A model generated the notes under the pieces. It saw nothing but the letters and a program-made list of their open reading frames with translations, ran no database searches and had not been told where the DNA came from. A program made the position numbers and the translations under genes. A DNA stretch of 64,000 nucleotides, taken from positions 2,080,001 to 2,144,000 of the forward strand of contig JASGHJ010000002.1 in assembly GCA_047602405.1 (NCBI GenBank), in the 5' to 3' direction. This DNA comes from Anaeromyxobacteraceae bacterium. GTDB taxonomy: Bacteria > Myxococcota > Myxococcia > Myxococcales > Anaeromyxobacteraceae. This document shows positions 9,382 to 18,098 of the stretch, piece after piece. Position 1 is the first letter of the stretch. Each line of letters opens with the position of its first letter.

Positions 9382-10377
9382 CTATCCACGGTGCGTGAAC
9401 GTACCGTCGCCCCAGGTCGCCTCGCGTACCACGTACAAGGGGCGCCCCTTCACCTCCTCGAAGATCCTCCCGACGTACTCCCCGAGGATCGCGAGGCCGA
9501 GCAGGTTGGCGCCGCCGACGACGGCCACGATGACCACGAGCCCCGTCCAGCCGGGCACGGTCTCGTGGAGGAAGTACTTGGCCACGACCGCGTACCCGCC
9601 GTAGCCGAGCGCGAAGAGCGCGGTGAGCGTCCCCACGAGCCCGATGAGCTTCACCGGCACGATCGAGAACGACAGGGCCGCGTTCCAGGCGAGCTTCGCC
9701 ATCTTCCAGAAGGGGTACTTCGTCTCCCCGTGCAGCCGGGCGGCCCGCGCGTAGCGGACGGCGGTCTGCGGGTATCCCACCCAGGCGAACATCCCCCGGA
9801 CGAACCGGTGGACCTCGTTCATCCGGAGGACGGTGTCGAGGCAGCGCCGGGAGACGAGCCGGAAGTCGCCGGCGTCCACCGGAAGCGCCGCGTGCACGAA
9901 GCGGCGCATGAGCCGGTAGAACGCCCAGGCCGTGAGCCGCTTGAAGGTGCTCTCCCCTGCCCGCTCCGCGCGCTGCCCGTAGACGACGTCGTAGCCGTCA
10001 CGGTAGTGGGCGACCATCTCGGTCACCACCTCGAGCGGGTCTTGCAGGTCGGCGTCGAGGATCACCACCGCGTCGCCGCGCGCCACCGCCATGCCGGCGG
10101 TGATGGCGCTCTGGTGCCCGAAGTTGCGCGAGAAGCTCAGCCCGCGCACGCGCGGATCCTCCGCGGCCCACCGCTCGAGGAAGGCCCAGGAGCCGTCCCG
10201 CGAGCCGTCGTCGACGAGGACGACCTCGCACGCGAAGGGCACGGTCGCGAGCCACGCCTCGAGCGCGGCCCTCAGGTGCGGCAGCCCCTCCTCCTCCTGG
10301 TAGACCGGGAAGACGAGGCTCACGAGGCCCGGCATCGGCCGGGGCTGGAGCCCGGACGCGGGCGCGGGGAAGTTCAT
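9382..10377 (-). CDS. GT2 polyprenol-phosphate glycosyltransferase (GtrB/YfdH/ArnC family)
   Basis: VDDGSRDG, FSRNFGHQSAITAG, ILDADLQDP, GDFRLVSRR, two C-terminal TM helices, GEYVGRIFEEVKGRPLYVV. Confidence 0.92.
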   Translation of the reverse strand: MNFPAPASGLQPRPMPGLVSLVFPVYQEEEGLPHLRAALEAWLATVPFACEVVLVDDGSRDGSWAFLERWAAEDPRVRGLSFSRNFGHQSAITAGMAVARGDAVVILDADLQDPLEVVTEMVAHYRDGYDVVYGQRAERAGESTFKRLTAWAFYRLMRRFVHAALPVDAGDFRLVSRRCLDTVLRMNEVHRFVRGMFAWVGYPQTAVRYARAARLHGETKYPFWKMAKLAWNAALSFSIVPVKLIGLVGTLTALFALGYGGYAVVAKYFLHETVPGWTGLVVIVAVVGGANLLGLAILGEYVGRIFEEVKGRPLYVVREATWGDGTFTHRG

Positions 10378-11492
10378 CCGATCCACCGGTTGGAGGCGTG
10401 CACGACCACCGCCGCAGCCTGGAGCACCGTGCCCGCGCCCACGACCCACGGGAACGCCCGACCGAGCCGGCCGGCGACGCAGGCGAAGAGCGGGAAGACC
10501 ACCGCCACGTAGCGCACGTAGGACGTCATGCTGCCGGTGAGCGCCGGGATGCCCCCGACCACGAGGACGAAGACGAGCATCGCCCGGTCGAGCCTGCGCC
10601 ACGAGGTCGCGACCGCCGCCACGAACAGCACGAACGCCGCGCGGTCGAGCACGCTCGTCGTGAACCCGTTCCAGCTGAGCTTCACCTCGACGAAGTTGCG
10701 GGTGAACCAGTCGAGCGGGTGGAGCACGTTCGCGAGCGAGTTCTGCGCGAGGAACACCTTCTGGGCGTCGAACCCGGCGAGGGCGTCGCCGGTGGAGGCG
10801 TACAGGATCCCGAGGTACGCCGCGAAGCCGACCGCGAACGCGAGCGGCATCGGGAGCTTCCTCCAGGCCGGCCGCCACGCGGGCGCCAGGGCGGCGACGG
10901 CGACCGTCGCCGGCAGCGCGACCATGAGCCCGGTCGGGCGCGTCAGCGGCAGGAGGAAGGCGAAGGCGGTCGCGAGCCCGAGCTCGTTGCGCCTCAGATG
11001 GAAGAAGAGCCCGACCGCGAGCAAGAGGAAGAGCGCCTCGGTGTAGAGGAGCCCCGCGTAGAATGTGGTCGGAAACGCCACGAGGAGCAGGCACGCTCGC
11101 GAGGCCGTCGCCTCGTCGCGCTCCGCGCGGACGAGCAGGAACAGGTAGGCCACCGCGCCGAGGAAGGCCGCCGTGGAGAGCACGAGGCCGGCGACGAGGG
11201 CGTCGCCGCCCGCGAGCGGCCTCAAGAGCTTCAGCAGGAACGGCAGGAGCGGATAGAACGCGCTCGAGATGTGCTGGGGCTGGTAGCCCCAGTCGGCCAG
11301 GAACAGGTAGTGGTTCGCGTCCCAGGTCTTGAAGCACGAGCGGAGCGTCGGCTCCTCGTCGAACGGATACTGGAAGTTGGCCCAGTACGCCGGCTGGAAG
11401 AACGGCAGGATCCACGGGCTCGCGGCCACGAGCGCGAGCACGGCCAGCTTCGCGGCGAGCGCGCACGCGAGCACCTTCCAGAGCGGCTTCAC
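10374..11492 (-). CDS. PIG-V-like GT-C mannosyltransferase
   Basis: WDANHYLFLADWGY...AFYPLLP...FP...LYTEALFLLL...LTRPTG...RY motifs in a polytopic membrane protein. Confidence 0.8.
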   Translation of the reverse strand: MKPLWKVLACALAAKLAVLALVAASPWILPFFQPAYWANFQYPFDEEPTLRSCFKTWDANHYLFLADWGYQPQHISSAFYPLLPFLLKLLRPLAGGDALVAGLVLSTAAFLGAVAYLFLLVRAERDEATASRACLLLVAFPTTFYAGLLYTEALFLLLAVGLFFHLRRNELGLATAFAFLLPLTRPTGLMVALPATVAVAALAPAWRPAWRKLPMPLAFAVGFAAYLGILYASTGDALAGFDAQKVFLAQNSLANVLHPLDWFTRNFVEVKLSWNGFTTSVLDRAAFVLFVAAVATSWRRLDRAMLVFVLVVGGIPALTGSMTSYVRYVAVVFPLFACVAGRLGRAFPWVVGAGTVLQAAAVVVHASNRWIG

Positions 11493-13264
11493 GGCGACGT
11501 GCTCCTCTCCGACGCCCCGGCCCGCGCGCGCGCCTCGGCGAGGCGGGCCCTGAGCTCAGGGTCGTCCGGGGCGAGGCGGGCCGCCTCCTCGAGCGGCCGC
11601 ACCGCCTCCGCCGGACGCCCGGCGTCGAGGAGGACCGTCCCGAGCGCCAGCCGGGCCGAGGGATCCTCCGGCCGCAGCGGCACCGCGGCCGCGAGCTGGG
11701 CCTCGGCCTCGCCGAGCCGCCCGCGCTCCGCGAGCGCTCCTCCGAGGTTGAGCCTCGCCGTGTAGCTCCGCGGGTTCGCGGCCACGGCGCGCGCGTACAG
11801 CGCGAGGGCCTGGCCGGGCTGCCCCCGGCCCTCGAGCAGCATCCCGAGGTTGACGAGCGCGCTCGCCTCGACGGGCGGCGCCGGGCGAAGGTCGAGGGCG
11901 GCGCGCAGCTCCCGCGCGGCGCCCGCGGCGTCACCGCCGCGCATCAGCGCCGTCCCGAGGTTGAAACGGACCTCGGCGGCGCCGGGCGACTTCTCGGCGG
12001 CGTCCGCCCAGAGCGAGCGCTCGTCCTTCCACGCCGGGAGGTGCGCCCAGACGAGGGCGGCGCCCGCGAGCCCGGCCGCGGCCAGCAAGCCCGAGCGAAC
12101 GGCCTCGGCGCGCGGGCCGCGCGCGAGCCGCTCGAGCGCCACGCCCACGGCGAGGCACGCGCCGGCCGAGGGCAGGTACAGGTAGCGCTCCGCGAAGCGC
12201 GCGCCGCTGATCGCCGAGGTGAAGAACGCCGGGGCGAGCGCCACGCCGAAGAGCACGAGCCCGAGCGCGGCCACGCGGTCCCGCCGCCAGGCGAGCACGA
12301 GCGCGGTCGCGAGCACCGCGGCGGCGAGCCAGCCCGCGAGCGCCGCTGAGGACGCGGCCGAGGCGGGCCAGGCGACGTCCCAGTAGGCGTTCAGCGGGAA
12401 CGGCGCGACGAGCGCGCGGACGTACCGCGCCAGCGAGACCGGCACGGTGACGAGCGGCGAGGCCACGGCGGCGCCATGCGCCCGGGGGAGCGCGAGCAAG
12501 CCCCCGAGCGCGTGCTGGCGGAGCACGAGGTAGAGCCCGGCGGCGAGCGCGAACGGCGCGAGCCGCACCACCCTCCGCGACCAGCGGTCCATCGGCGCGA
12601 GGAGCGCCTCCGCTGCCAGGAGGACGAGCGGCAAGGGCAGGACGACCTCCTTCGAGAGGCCGCCGGCGAGGTACGCGGCCGCGCCGAGCCAGGGCGCGGC
12701 CCGGCCCCCCGGGCGCAGCGCGCGGACGTACGCGAGGAGCGCGAGGAGCGCGAAGGCCGTCGCGAGGAGCTCCGGCAGGGCCGCGATCCAGAGCACGGCC
12801 TCGGAGTGGACCGGGTGGACGGCGAAGAGGACACCCGCCGCGAGCGCGGCGTCGGGCGCCGCCGTGCGATCGCCCTCCCGCAGCGCCCTCCCGAGCGCGA
12901 GGACGGCCAGCGGCACCGCCGCGTTCACGAGCACGTTGAGGAGGTGGTAGGCCCAGGCCACCCGCCCGAAGGCCTGGCCCACCGCGAGGTAGGCCACGTG
13001 CATGAGCGGGCGGTAGTAGTTCGAGGTCCCGGCCTGGTCGAAGTCCCAGACCCCTCCCCCGAAGATCTCGGGCAGGTGGCCCCACCCCGACAGCCACCGG
13101 TTCGCGACGACCTGGGCCTGGTCGTCCCAGACGAAGCCGTGTCCGAGCGACGGGAGGTAGAGCGCGAGCGACAGCGCGAAGAGCGCGGCAGGCTCGAGCC
13201 ACCCGTGCCGTCCGGAGAGGGGCGCCCCCGGAGCGGCGCCCTCATGTCCCTTTCCACGGGCCAA
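11489..13264 (-). CDS. TMTC-like GT-C membrane protein with C-terminal TPRs (copy 1)
   Basis: FVWDD, YYRPL, HPVHSEAVLWI, SKE, AERYLYLPS, W.D...LW, then TPR repeats; start codon uncertain. Confidence 0.8.
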   Translation of the reverse strand: MARGKGHEGAAPGAPLSGRHGWLEPAALFALSLALYLPSLGHGFVWDDQAQVVANRWLSGWGHLPEIFGGGVWDFDQAGTSNYYRPLMHVAYLAVGQAFGRVAWAYHLLNVLVNAAVPLAVLALGRALREGDRTAAPDAALAAGVLFAVHPVHSEAVLWIAALPELLATAFALLALLAYVRALRPGGRAAPWLGAAAYLAGGLSKEVVLPLPLVLLAAEALLAPMDRWSRRVVRLAPFALAAGLYLVLRQHALGGLLALPRAHGAAVASPLVTVPVSLARYVRALVAPFPLNAYWDVAWPASAASSAALAGWLAAAVLATALVLAWRRDRVAALGLVLFGVALAPAFFTSAISGARFAERYLYLPSAGACLAVGVALERLARGPRAEAVRSGLLAAAGLAGAALVWAHLPAWKDERSLWADAAEKSPGAAEVRFNLGTALMRGGDAAGAARELRAALDLRPAPPVEASALVNLGMLLEGRGQPGQALALYARAVAANPRSYTARLNLGGALAERGRLGEAEAQLAAAVPLRPEDPSARLALGTVLLDAGRPAEAVRPLEEAARLAPDDPELRARLAEARARAGASERSTSP

Positions 13265-13311
13265 GGCCGCGAACTCTCCCCGTCCCGTGTCCCCGCGTCA
13301 ACCCGGCGGGC

Positions 13312-16300
13312 TTACAGGTGGCAGCTCCTACACGCGGCCGCCGCCTTGTTCGCGGTGATGTCCACGTTCCCGTTCGCGTGGAGCGCCGGGTTGGTGAGCC
13401 GGACGTTCCCGCCTGCCACCGTGCCCGCCGCGTCGGAGTGGCAGAGCGAGCAGTCGTTCTGCGTCCCGAGCGACCCGTGCGCCCCGGAGTGCCACGCTCC
13501 GTTGAACGTCGGCGCGCCGTGGCAGCTCGAGCAGGTGATCGTCTCGCCCGTCCAGATCGCCGTAGCCCCCTTGCCCGTGTAGTCGAGGGTGTGGGTCACG
13601 TCGTCGGGCGTCGTCCACTGGTAGGTGCCCTGGTAGTTCCCGTGGCAGTACGTCGACGCGCAGCTCGCGGTGCCGCGGGTCCAGGAGGCCGCGACCGGCC
13701 CCTGGAGCGTCCAGGTCTTCGGGAACGACACGTCCAGCACCCCGTCCATGTGCCCGATGTTCGTGAGCGGCGGCGTGACGTGGCAGGCGTCGCACGTGTA
13801 GCCCGCGGTCACCGCCCCGGCGGTCACATGCTTCTGGTGCGCGCCGACGCCGAGCGTGGCCGTCGAGGTGTCGCCGTTCACCGCGGTGGGCGGCGCCGAC
13901 TGGACGTACTTCGGGTCCGCCGTGCCGGTGGCCGTGCGGCTCGAGTCGCCGTGACAGGAGGCGCAGGTGAGGTCGATGATGTCGAGCTTGCCGTTGATGT
14001 GGGTCGCGGCGTTCACCGACGACGACGTGTAGCCGGTGTGGCAGCGGCCGCAGTCCGGCGTCGCCGGGTGCGCCGGCCCGGGCGGCGGCGCCCCGTGGCA
14101 GCTGTTGCAGGCGGTCTGGCCCGCGCTCACCTGCGTCCACTTCGGCGTGGTCGCGACGCCGCCGGCGGCGAGCGTCGCGCCGTGGCAGTAGGTCGAGGCG
14201 CAGGTCGCGGCGTTGCGGTCCCACGCGGGCGCCGCGCCGTCGGTCTTCACGAAGTCGCTGAAGGCCAACTGGCGCACGCCGTCGGCGTGGAGGTTGGTCG
14301 AGGGCACCGGGTGGCAGTCGCTGCAGGCGAAGGCCCGGCCGATGTTCCCGGCGTAGACGTGCTTCTGGTGCGCGCCGACCGCGAGCGTGGTGGTCGCGCT
14401 CTCGTCGCCGGTGCCGGTCGGCGGCGCGGCCCTCTGGAGGTCGGTGCCGGCGCGGTTCGAATCGCCGTGGCAGGACGCGCAGCTGAACGCGAGGAGGTCG
14501 AGGTTGCCGTCCGCGTGCTTCGCCTTCGAGTACTGCAGCCCGGCGTCGGCCGGGTGGCAGCCGCCGCAGGCCGCGCGCTGCGGGTGCGGCGAAGGTGGCG
14601 GGGCGGCGTGGCAGCTGCCGCAGGAGGCCTCGGACGCGCCGCCGGTCCAGGCCGGCGTCGTGTGCGTGCCGCCGGGGAGCGTCGCGCCGTGGCAGTACGA
14701 GCTCGAGCAGCTCGTGCCGTTCCAGGTGGTCGTCTTCCCGTTGATGGTCTTGAACGCGGTCGCGACGGTGCCGTTCGCGTGCGAGAGGTCGGCCGGGACC
14801 GCGTGGCACGCGTCGCAGGCGACGCCGTCGGTCAGGGTCGAGCCGTTCACGTGCGCGGCGTGCGCGCCGACGGCGCGGGTCGAGGTCGCGGTCTCGTTCT
14901 GCGTGCCCTGCGGCGGCGCGGCCTTCTTGAGGTCGGCCGCGGTGTAGCTCGTCACCCGCGTGCCGTGGCAGAAAGTGCAGTTCTGCGCCCAGGTCGCCGA
15001 GCCGCCGAGGTGGCAGCCGGTGCAGGAGACGGCGACCACCCCGCCGAGGAGGTCGGCGCCGTGGCAGCCCTTGCAGCCGCCGAGATCCTGGTTCGCCTGG
15101 AGGCCGTGGTTCGTCGGGAGCACCCAGTCGGTCGGGTGGTACTTCGTGACGTCGACCGTGCCGTTCACGTGCTTGCCGCCCGCGAGGTCGATCGCGCCGC
15201 CGGCGGTGACCGTGTTCGCGTGGCAGGTGCGGCAGGCCGCGAGCGTCGGGTGCGGCGCCGGGGGCGGCGCGCCGTGGCAGGTGCCGCAGGCGGCCTCGGC
15301 CGCGCCGCCGGTCCAGGCCGGGGCGGTCTTCGTGCCGCCGGCGTTCAGCGTGGCGCCGTGGCAGTAGGTCGACGCGCAGGTCTGCGTGGCCGTGTACGAG
15401 GGCGCCGCGCCGTCCTTCGTGGCGAGCGCGCCCCAGGTGAGCTTCCTGACGCCGTCGACGTGCGAGAGGTCGGTCGGGACCGCGTGGCACTCGGTGCACG
15501 CGACGCCGCTCGACATCGTGCCGCCGGAGAGGTGGCTCTGGTGCGCGCCGACGGCGCGGGTGGAGGTCGCGAGCTCGCCCTGCGTGCCGACCGGCGGGGC
15601 GGGCTTGTTCGCCGAGCGGTTCGCGTCGCCGTGGCAGAAGGTGCAGTTCGACTGCCAAGTCGCGCCGTGGCACGTCGCGCAGGAGATGCCGGTGCCGCCG
15701 CCGGCGAGGTCGGCGCCGTGGCAGGACTTGCAGGAGGCGAGGTCGGCGTTCGCCGCGTAGCCGTGCACGGTGGGCGTCGCCCAGTTCGCCGGGTGGTAGT
15801 CGTTCACCTCCACGGTGCCGTTCACGTGCATGCCGTTCGCGACCTTGATGGTCACGTCGTCGTTCTCCACCGTGCCGGGGTGGCAGATGTGGCAGGCGGT
15901 GGACTTCGCGGTGTGCGGGGCCGTGGTGGGTGGGGCGCCGTGGCAGGTGCCGCAGTCGGCCTGCGTCCCGTCGACCTTCGTCCACAGCGGCTGCTGGAGC
16001 GTGCCCCCGGAGAGCGTCTGGCCGTGGCAGTAGACGCTGCAGGTCGCGTTCGTGGTGTCGAACGTGGGCGTGCCCTTCGCGCCGGCGAGGCCGGAGAAGG
16101 TCACCTTCACGACGCCGTCGGAGTGGAGCTGGTCGGCCGGGACCACGTGGCACGCGCTGCACTCGAACGCCTTCGACAGCGGGCCGGCGGCGAGGTGCGC
16201 CTGGTGCGCGCCGACCGCGCGGTCGGTGGTGGCGGTCTCGCCGTCGAGGCCGATGGGCGGCGCGGACTTGAGGAGGTCGGTCGTGACGCGGGTCGAGTCG

Positions 16301-16941
16301 CCGTGGCAGGTGGCGCACCCGCCGGTGAGGTCGACCTGGCCGTTCATGTGCTTCTCGGTCACCGCCGACGGCGCCGAGCCGAGCGTGAGCGAGCCGGCGT
16401 GGCACCTCTGGCAGTCGGTGCGGGCCGGGTGCGGCGCCTTCGGGGGCACACCGTGGCAGCTGCCGCAGGAGGCCTGCGGCGGGGAGACGACGTTCCACTT
16501 CGGGGCCGGGTTCGTGCCGTCGGCGAGCGTCGCGCCGTGGCAGTAGACGGTGCAGGTGGCGGTCTCGCGGTTCCAGCTCGCGGTGAAGCCGGCCGGCGCG
16601 GCGAGGGGGCCGAAGCGCACCGCGACCTTGCCGTCGATGTGGGCGAGCGGGTTCGCGGCGTCGGGCGCCGGGTGGCACGCCGCGCAGTCAAGCTTGGGCG
16701 AGAGGTGCGCGGGGCCGAGGACGTGCGCGGAGTGCGCGCCGACCGAGAGCGCGGTCGGGCTCGACTCGCCCTTCACGGACCGCGGCGGGGCCCCGCCGTC
16801 GCTCTCGACGCCACCGTGGCACCGGGTGCACTTCGACTCGGTGGCGCCCTCGGCGCCGACGACGGTGCGGGACTGGCAGCCGGCCCCCGCGACGAGCGCG
16901 GCAGCGGTGATCACCACGAGGTGGAGCGAGCGCGACGTCAT
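13312..16941 (-). CDS. very large multiheme cytochrome c lipoprotein, CxxxxCH/CxxCH repeat family (35 heme motifs)
   Basis: Lipobox LVAGAGC; counted 29 CxxCH, 2 Cx3CH and 4 Cx4CH in repeated modules containing VGAHxxH. Confidence 0.9.
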   Translation of the reverse strand: MTSRSLHLVVITAAALVAGAGCQSRTVVGAEGATESKCTRCHGGVESDGGAPPRSVKGESSPTALSVGAHSAHVLGPAHLSPKLDCAACHPAPDAANPLAHIDGKVAVRFGPLAAPAGFTASWNRETATCTVYCHGATLADGTNPAPKWNVVSPPQASCGSCHGVPPKAPHPARTDCQRCHAGSLTLGSAPSAVTEKHMNGQVDLTGGCATCHGDSTRVTTDLLKSAPPIGLDGETATTDRAVGAHQAHLAAGPLSKAFECSACHVVPADQLHSDGVVKVTFSGLAGAKGTPTFDTTNATCSVYCHGQTLSGGTLQQPLWTKVDGTQADCGTCHGAPPTTAPHTAKSTACHICHPGTVENDDVTIKVANGMHVNGTVEVNDYHPANWATPTVHGYAANADLASCKSCHGADLAGGGTGISCATCHGATWQSNCTFCHGDANRSANKPAPPVGTQGELATSTRAVGAHQSHLSGGTMSSGVACTECHAVPTDLSHVDGVRKLTWGALATKDGAAPSYTATQTCASTYCHGATLNAGGTKTAPAWTGGAAEAACGTCHGAPPPAPHPTLAACRTCHANTVTAGGAIDLAGGKHVNGTVDVTKYHPTDWVLPTNHGLQANQDLGGCKGCHGADLLGGVVAVSCTGCHLGGSATWAQNCTFCHGTRVTSYTAADLKKAAPPQGTQNETATSTRAVGAHAAHVNGSTLTDGVACDACHAVPADLSHANGTVATAFKTINGKTTTWNGTSCSSSYCHGATLPGGTHTTPAWTGGASEASCGSCHAAPPPSPHPQRAACGGCHPADAGLQYSKAKHADGNLDLLAFSCASCHGDSNRAGTDLQRAAPPTGTGDESATTTLAVGAHQKHVYAGNIGRAFACSDCHPVPSTNLHADGVRQLAFSDFVKTDGAAPAWDRNAATCASTYCHGATLAAGGVATTPKWTQVSAGQTACNSCHGAPPPGPAHPATPDCGRCHTGYTSSSVNAATHINGKLDIIDLTCASCHGDSSRTATGTADPKYVQSAPPTAVNGDTSTATLGVGAHQKHVTAGAVTAGYTCDACHVTPPLTNIGHMDGVLDVSFPKTWTLQGPVAASWTRGTASCASTYCHGNYQGTYQWTTPDDVTHTLDYTGKGATAIWTGETITCSSCHGAPTFNGAWHSGAHGSLGTQNDCSLCHSDAAGTVAGGNVRLTNPALHANGNVDITANKAAAACRSCHL

Positions 16942-17249
16942 CTATCCCCCTGCTGCTCGGTGCGACCGCCCCCGCGGACACACCTCTGCCGGCGACACGC
17001 CGTGGAGAAGCTCCCCACCCCACGTGAACCCGGTGTGAAGGGCGCAGTGTAGGGAATCTCGCCGGCGGAGTTCTGGATCGGGATCAACTCGCGCACGCGA
17101 AACCCTCAGGTGCGCTGGGGTTCTTCCGAGCGGCACGAAGAACACGGAGAAGGGGGGCACACCGACCCCCCGATTGGAATGCCCCCCTCCGTCACGTAGA
17201 GCCGCACCCCTCCCCCGAGAACCGCGGCTCGACTGCTGCGAGACCCCTT

Positions 17250-17265
17250 AGCACGCGTCGTGCCG
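17250..17265 (-). promoter_or_regulatory. sigma54 promoter of the large cytochrome gene
   Basis: Minus strand CGGCACGACGCGTGCT has GGCAC and GG-N10-GC; UAS pair lies 60-110 bp upstream. Confidence 0.65.
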
Positions 17266-17326
17266 ACGTCCGCGCGAGGCGCGTTCACGTGAATCCGCGG
17301 GCTTGGAGGCGAATGTGCGCGGGAGC

Positions 17327-17378
17327 GAATGGGCCAAATGCCCCAGCGCGGGTCGGGGGTGGGGGCAAATCCCCACCC
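17327..17378. promoter_or_regulatory. tandem UAS palindromes, 30 bp apart
   Basis: GAATGGGC-CAAATG-CCCCAGCG (17327) and the perfect GGGTGGGG-GCAAAT-CCCCACCC (17357). Confidence 0.7.
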
Positions 17379-17435
17379 ACCTTCACCCAATCGATCGTTC
17401 GCGACGGCCGGGCTCCGCGCGAGCGCGCGCGCGGC

Positions 17436-18098
17436 TCACTTCGCGTCGACGCGCACGACCCCGTGCGCGATCGCGAACCTCACGAGCTCGGTCCGGTTGT
17501 GGACGCCGAGCTTGCGCATCACGTGCTCGCGGTGGCTCATCGCGGTCTTCACCGCGATCTCGAGGATCGCGGCGACGTCCTTCGTGCTCTTCCCCTCGGC
17601 GACGAGCCGGAGCACCTGCTTCTCACGGTCCGTCAGCGTCTCGTAGGGATTGGCGCCGCCCGCCTCGCCCGGCGCCGGCTCGACCGCCGCGCGGGCGACC
17701 GACGGATCGAGCACGAGCCCGCCGCGGTGCACGGCGCGGATCGCCGCGGAGAGCTCGGTCCCCGCCGAGCGCTTCAGCACGTAGCCCGCCGCGCCGGCGC
17801 GCACGAGGCGCCGGACGTACTCGGGGTCGTCGTGCTGCGAGAGGACGAGCACGCGCGCCCGCGCGCCGCGGCGTCGGAGCTCGAGGGCCGCCTCGAGCCC
17901 GCCCAGCCCGGGCATCGCGACGTCCATCACCACGACGTCGGGATCGAGGCGCGCCGCCGCGTCGACGGCCTCGCGGCCGTCGGAGGCCTCGCCGACCACC
18001 TCGAGATCCGGCTGCCGCTCGAGCAGCGCGCGCACGCCCTCCCGGAGGACCGCGTGGTCGTCCGCCAGCAGCACGCGGATGCGGGGCGCCTCCGTCAC
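17436..18098 (-). CDS. NarL/LuxR-family response regulator
   Basis: IRVLLADDH...PDVVVMDVAMP...LTDREKQVLRLVAEGKSTKDVA; GTG start overlaps the kinase stop. Confidence 0.93.
   Translation of the reverse strand: MTEAPRIRVLLADDHAVLREGVRALLERQPDLEVVGEASDGREAVDAAARLDPDVVVMDVAMPGLGGLEAALELRRRGARARVLVLSQHDDPEYVRRLVRAGAAGYVLKRSAGTELSAAIRAVHRGGLVLDPSVARAAVEPAPGEAGGANPYETLTDREKQVLRLVAEGKSTKDVAAILEIAVKTAMSHREHVMRKLGVHNRTELVRFAIAHGVVRVDAK

Noticed and set aside
13312..16941. CRISPR or DNA repeat array
   Set aside because: The repeats are degenerate protein-coding modules; no constant repeat-spacer pattern or cas genes were seen in the window.
13318..17052. Long antisense and alternate-frame ORFs (e.g. 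13318..17052 +, 41749..45690 -, 33255..36227 -)
   Set aside because: Shadow ORFs from high GC and codon bias; Arg/Gly/Ala-rich with no motifs, overlapping well-supported genes.
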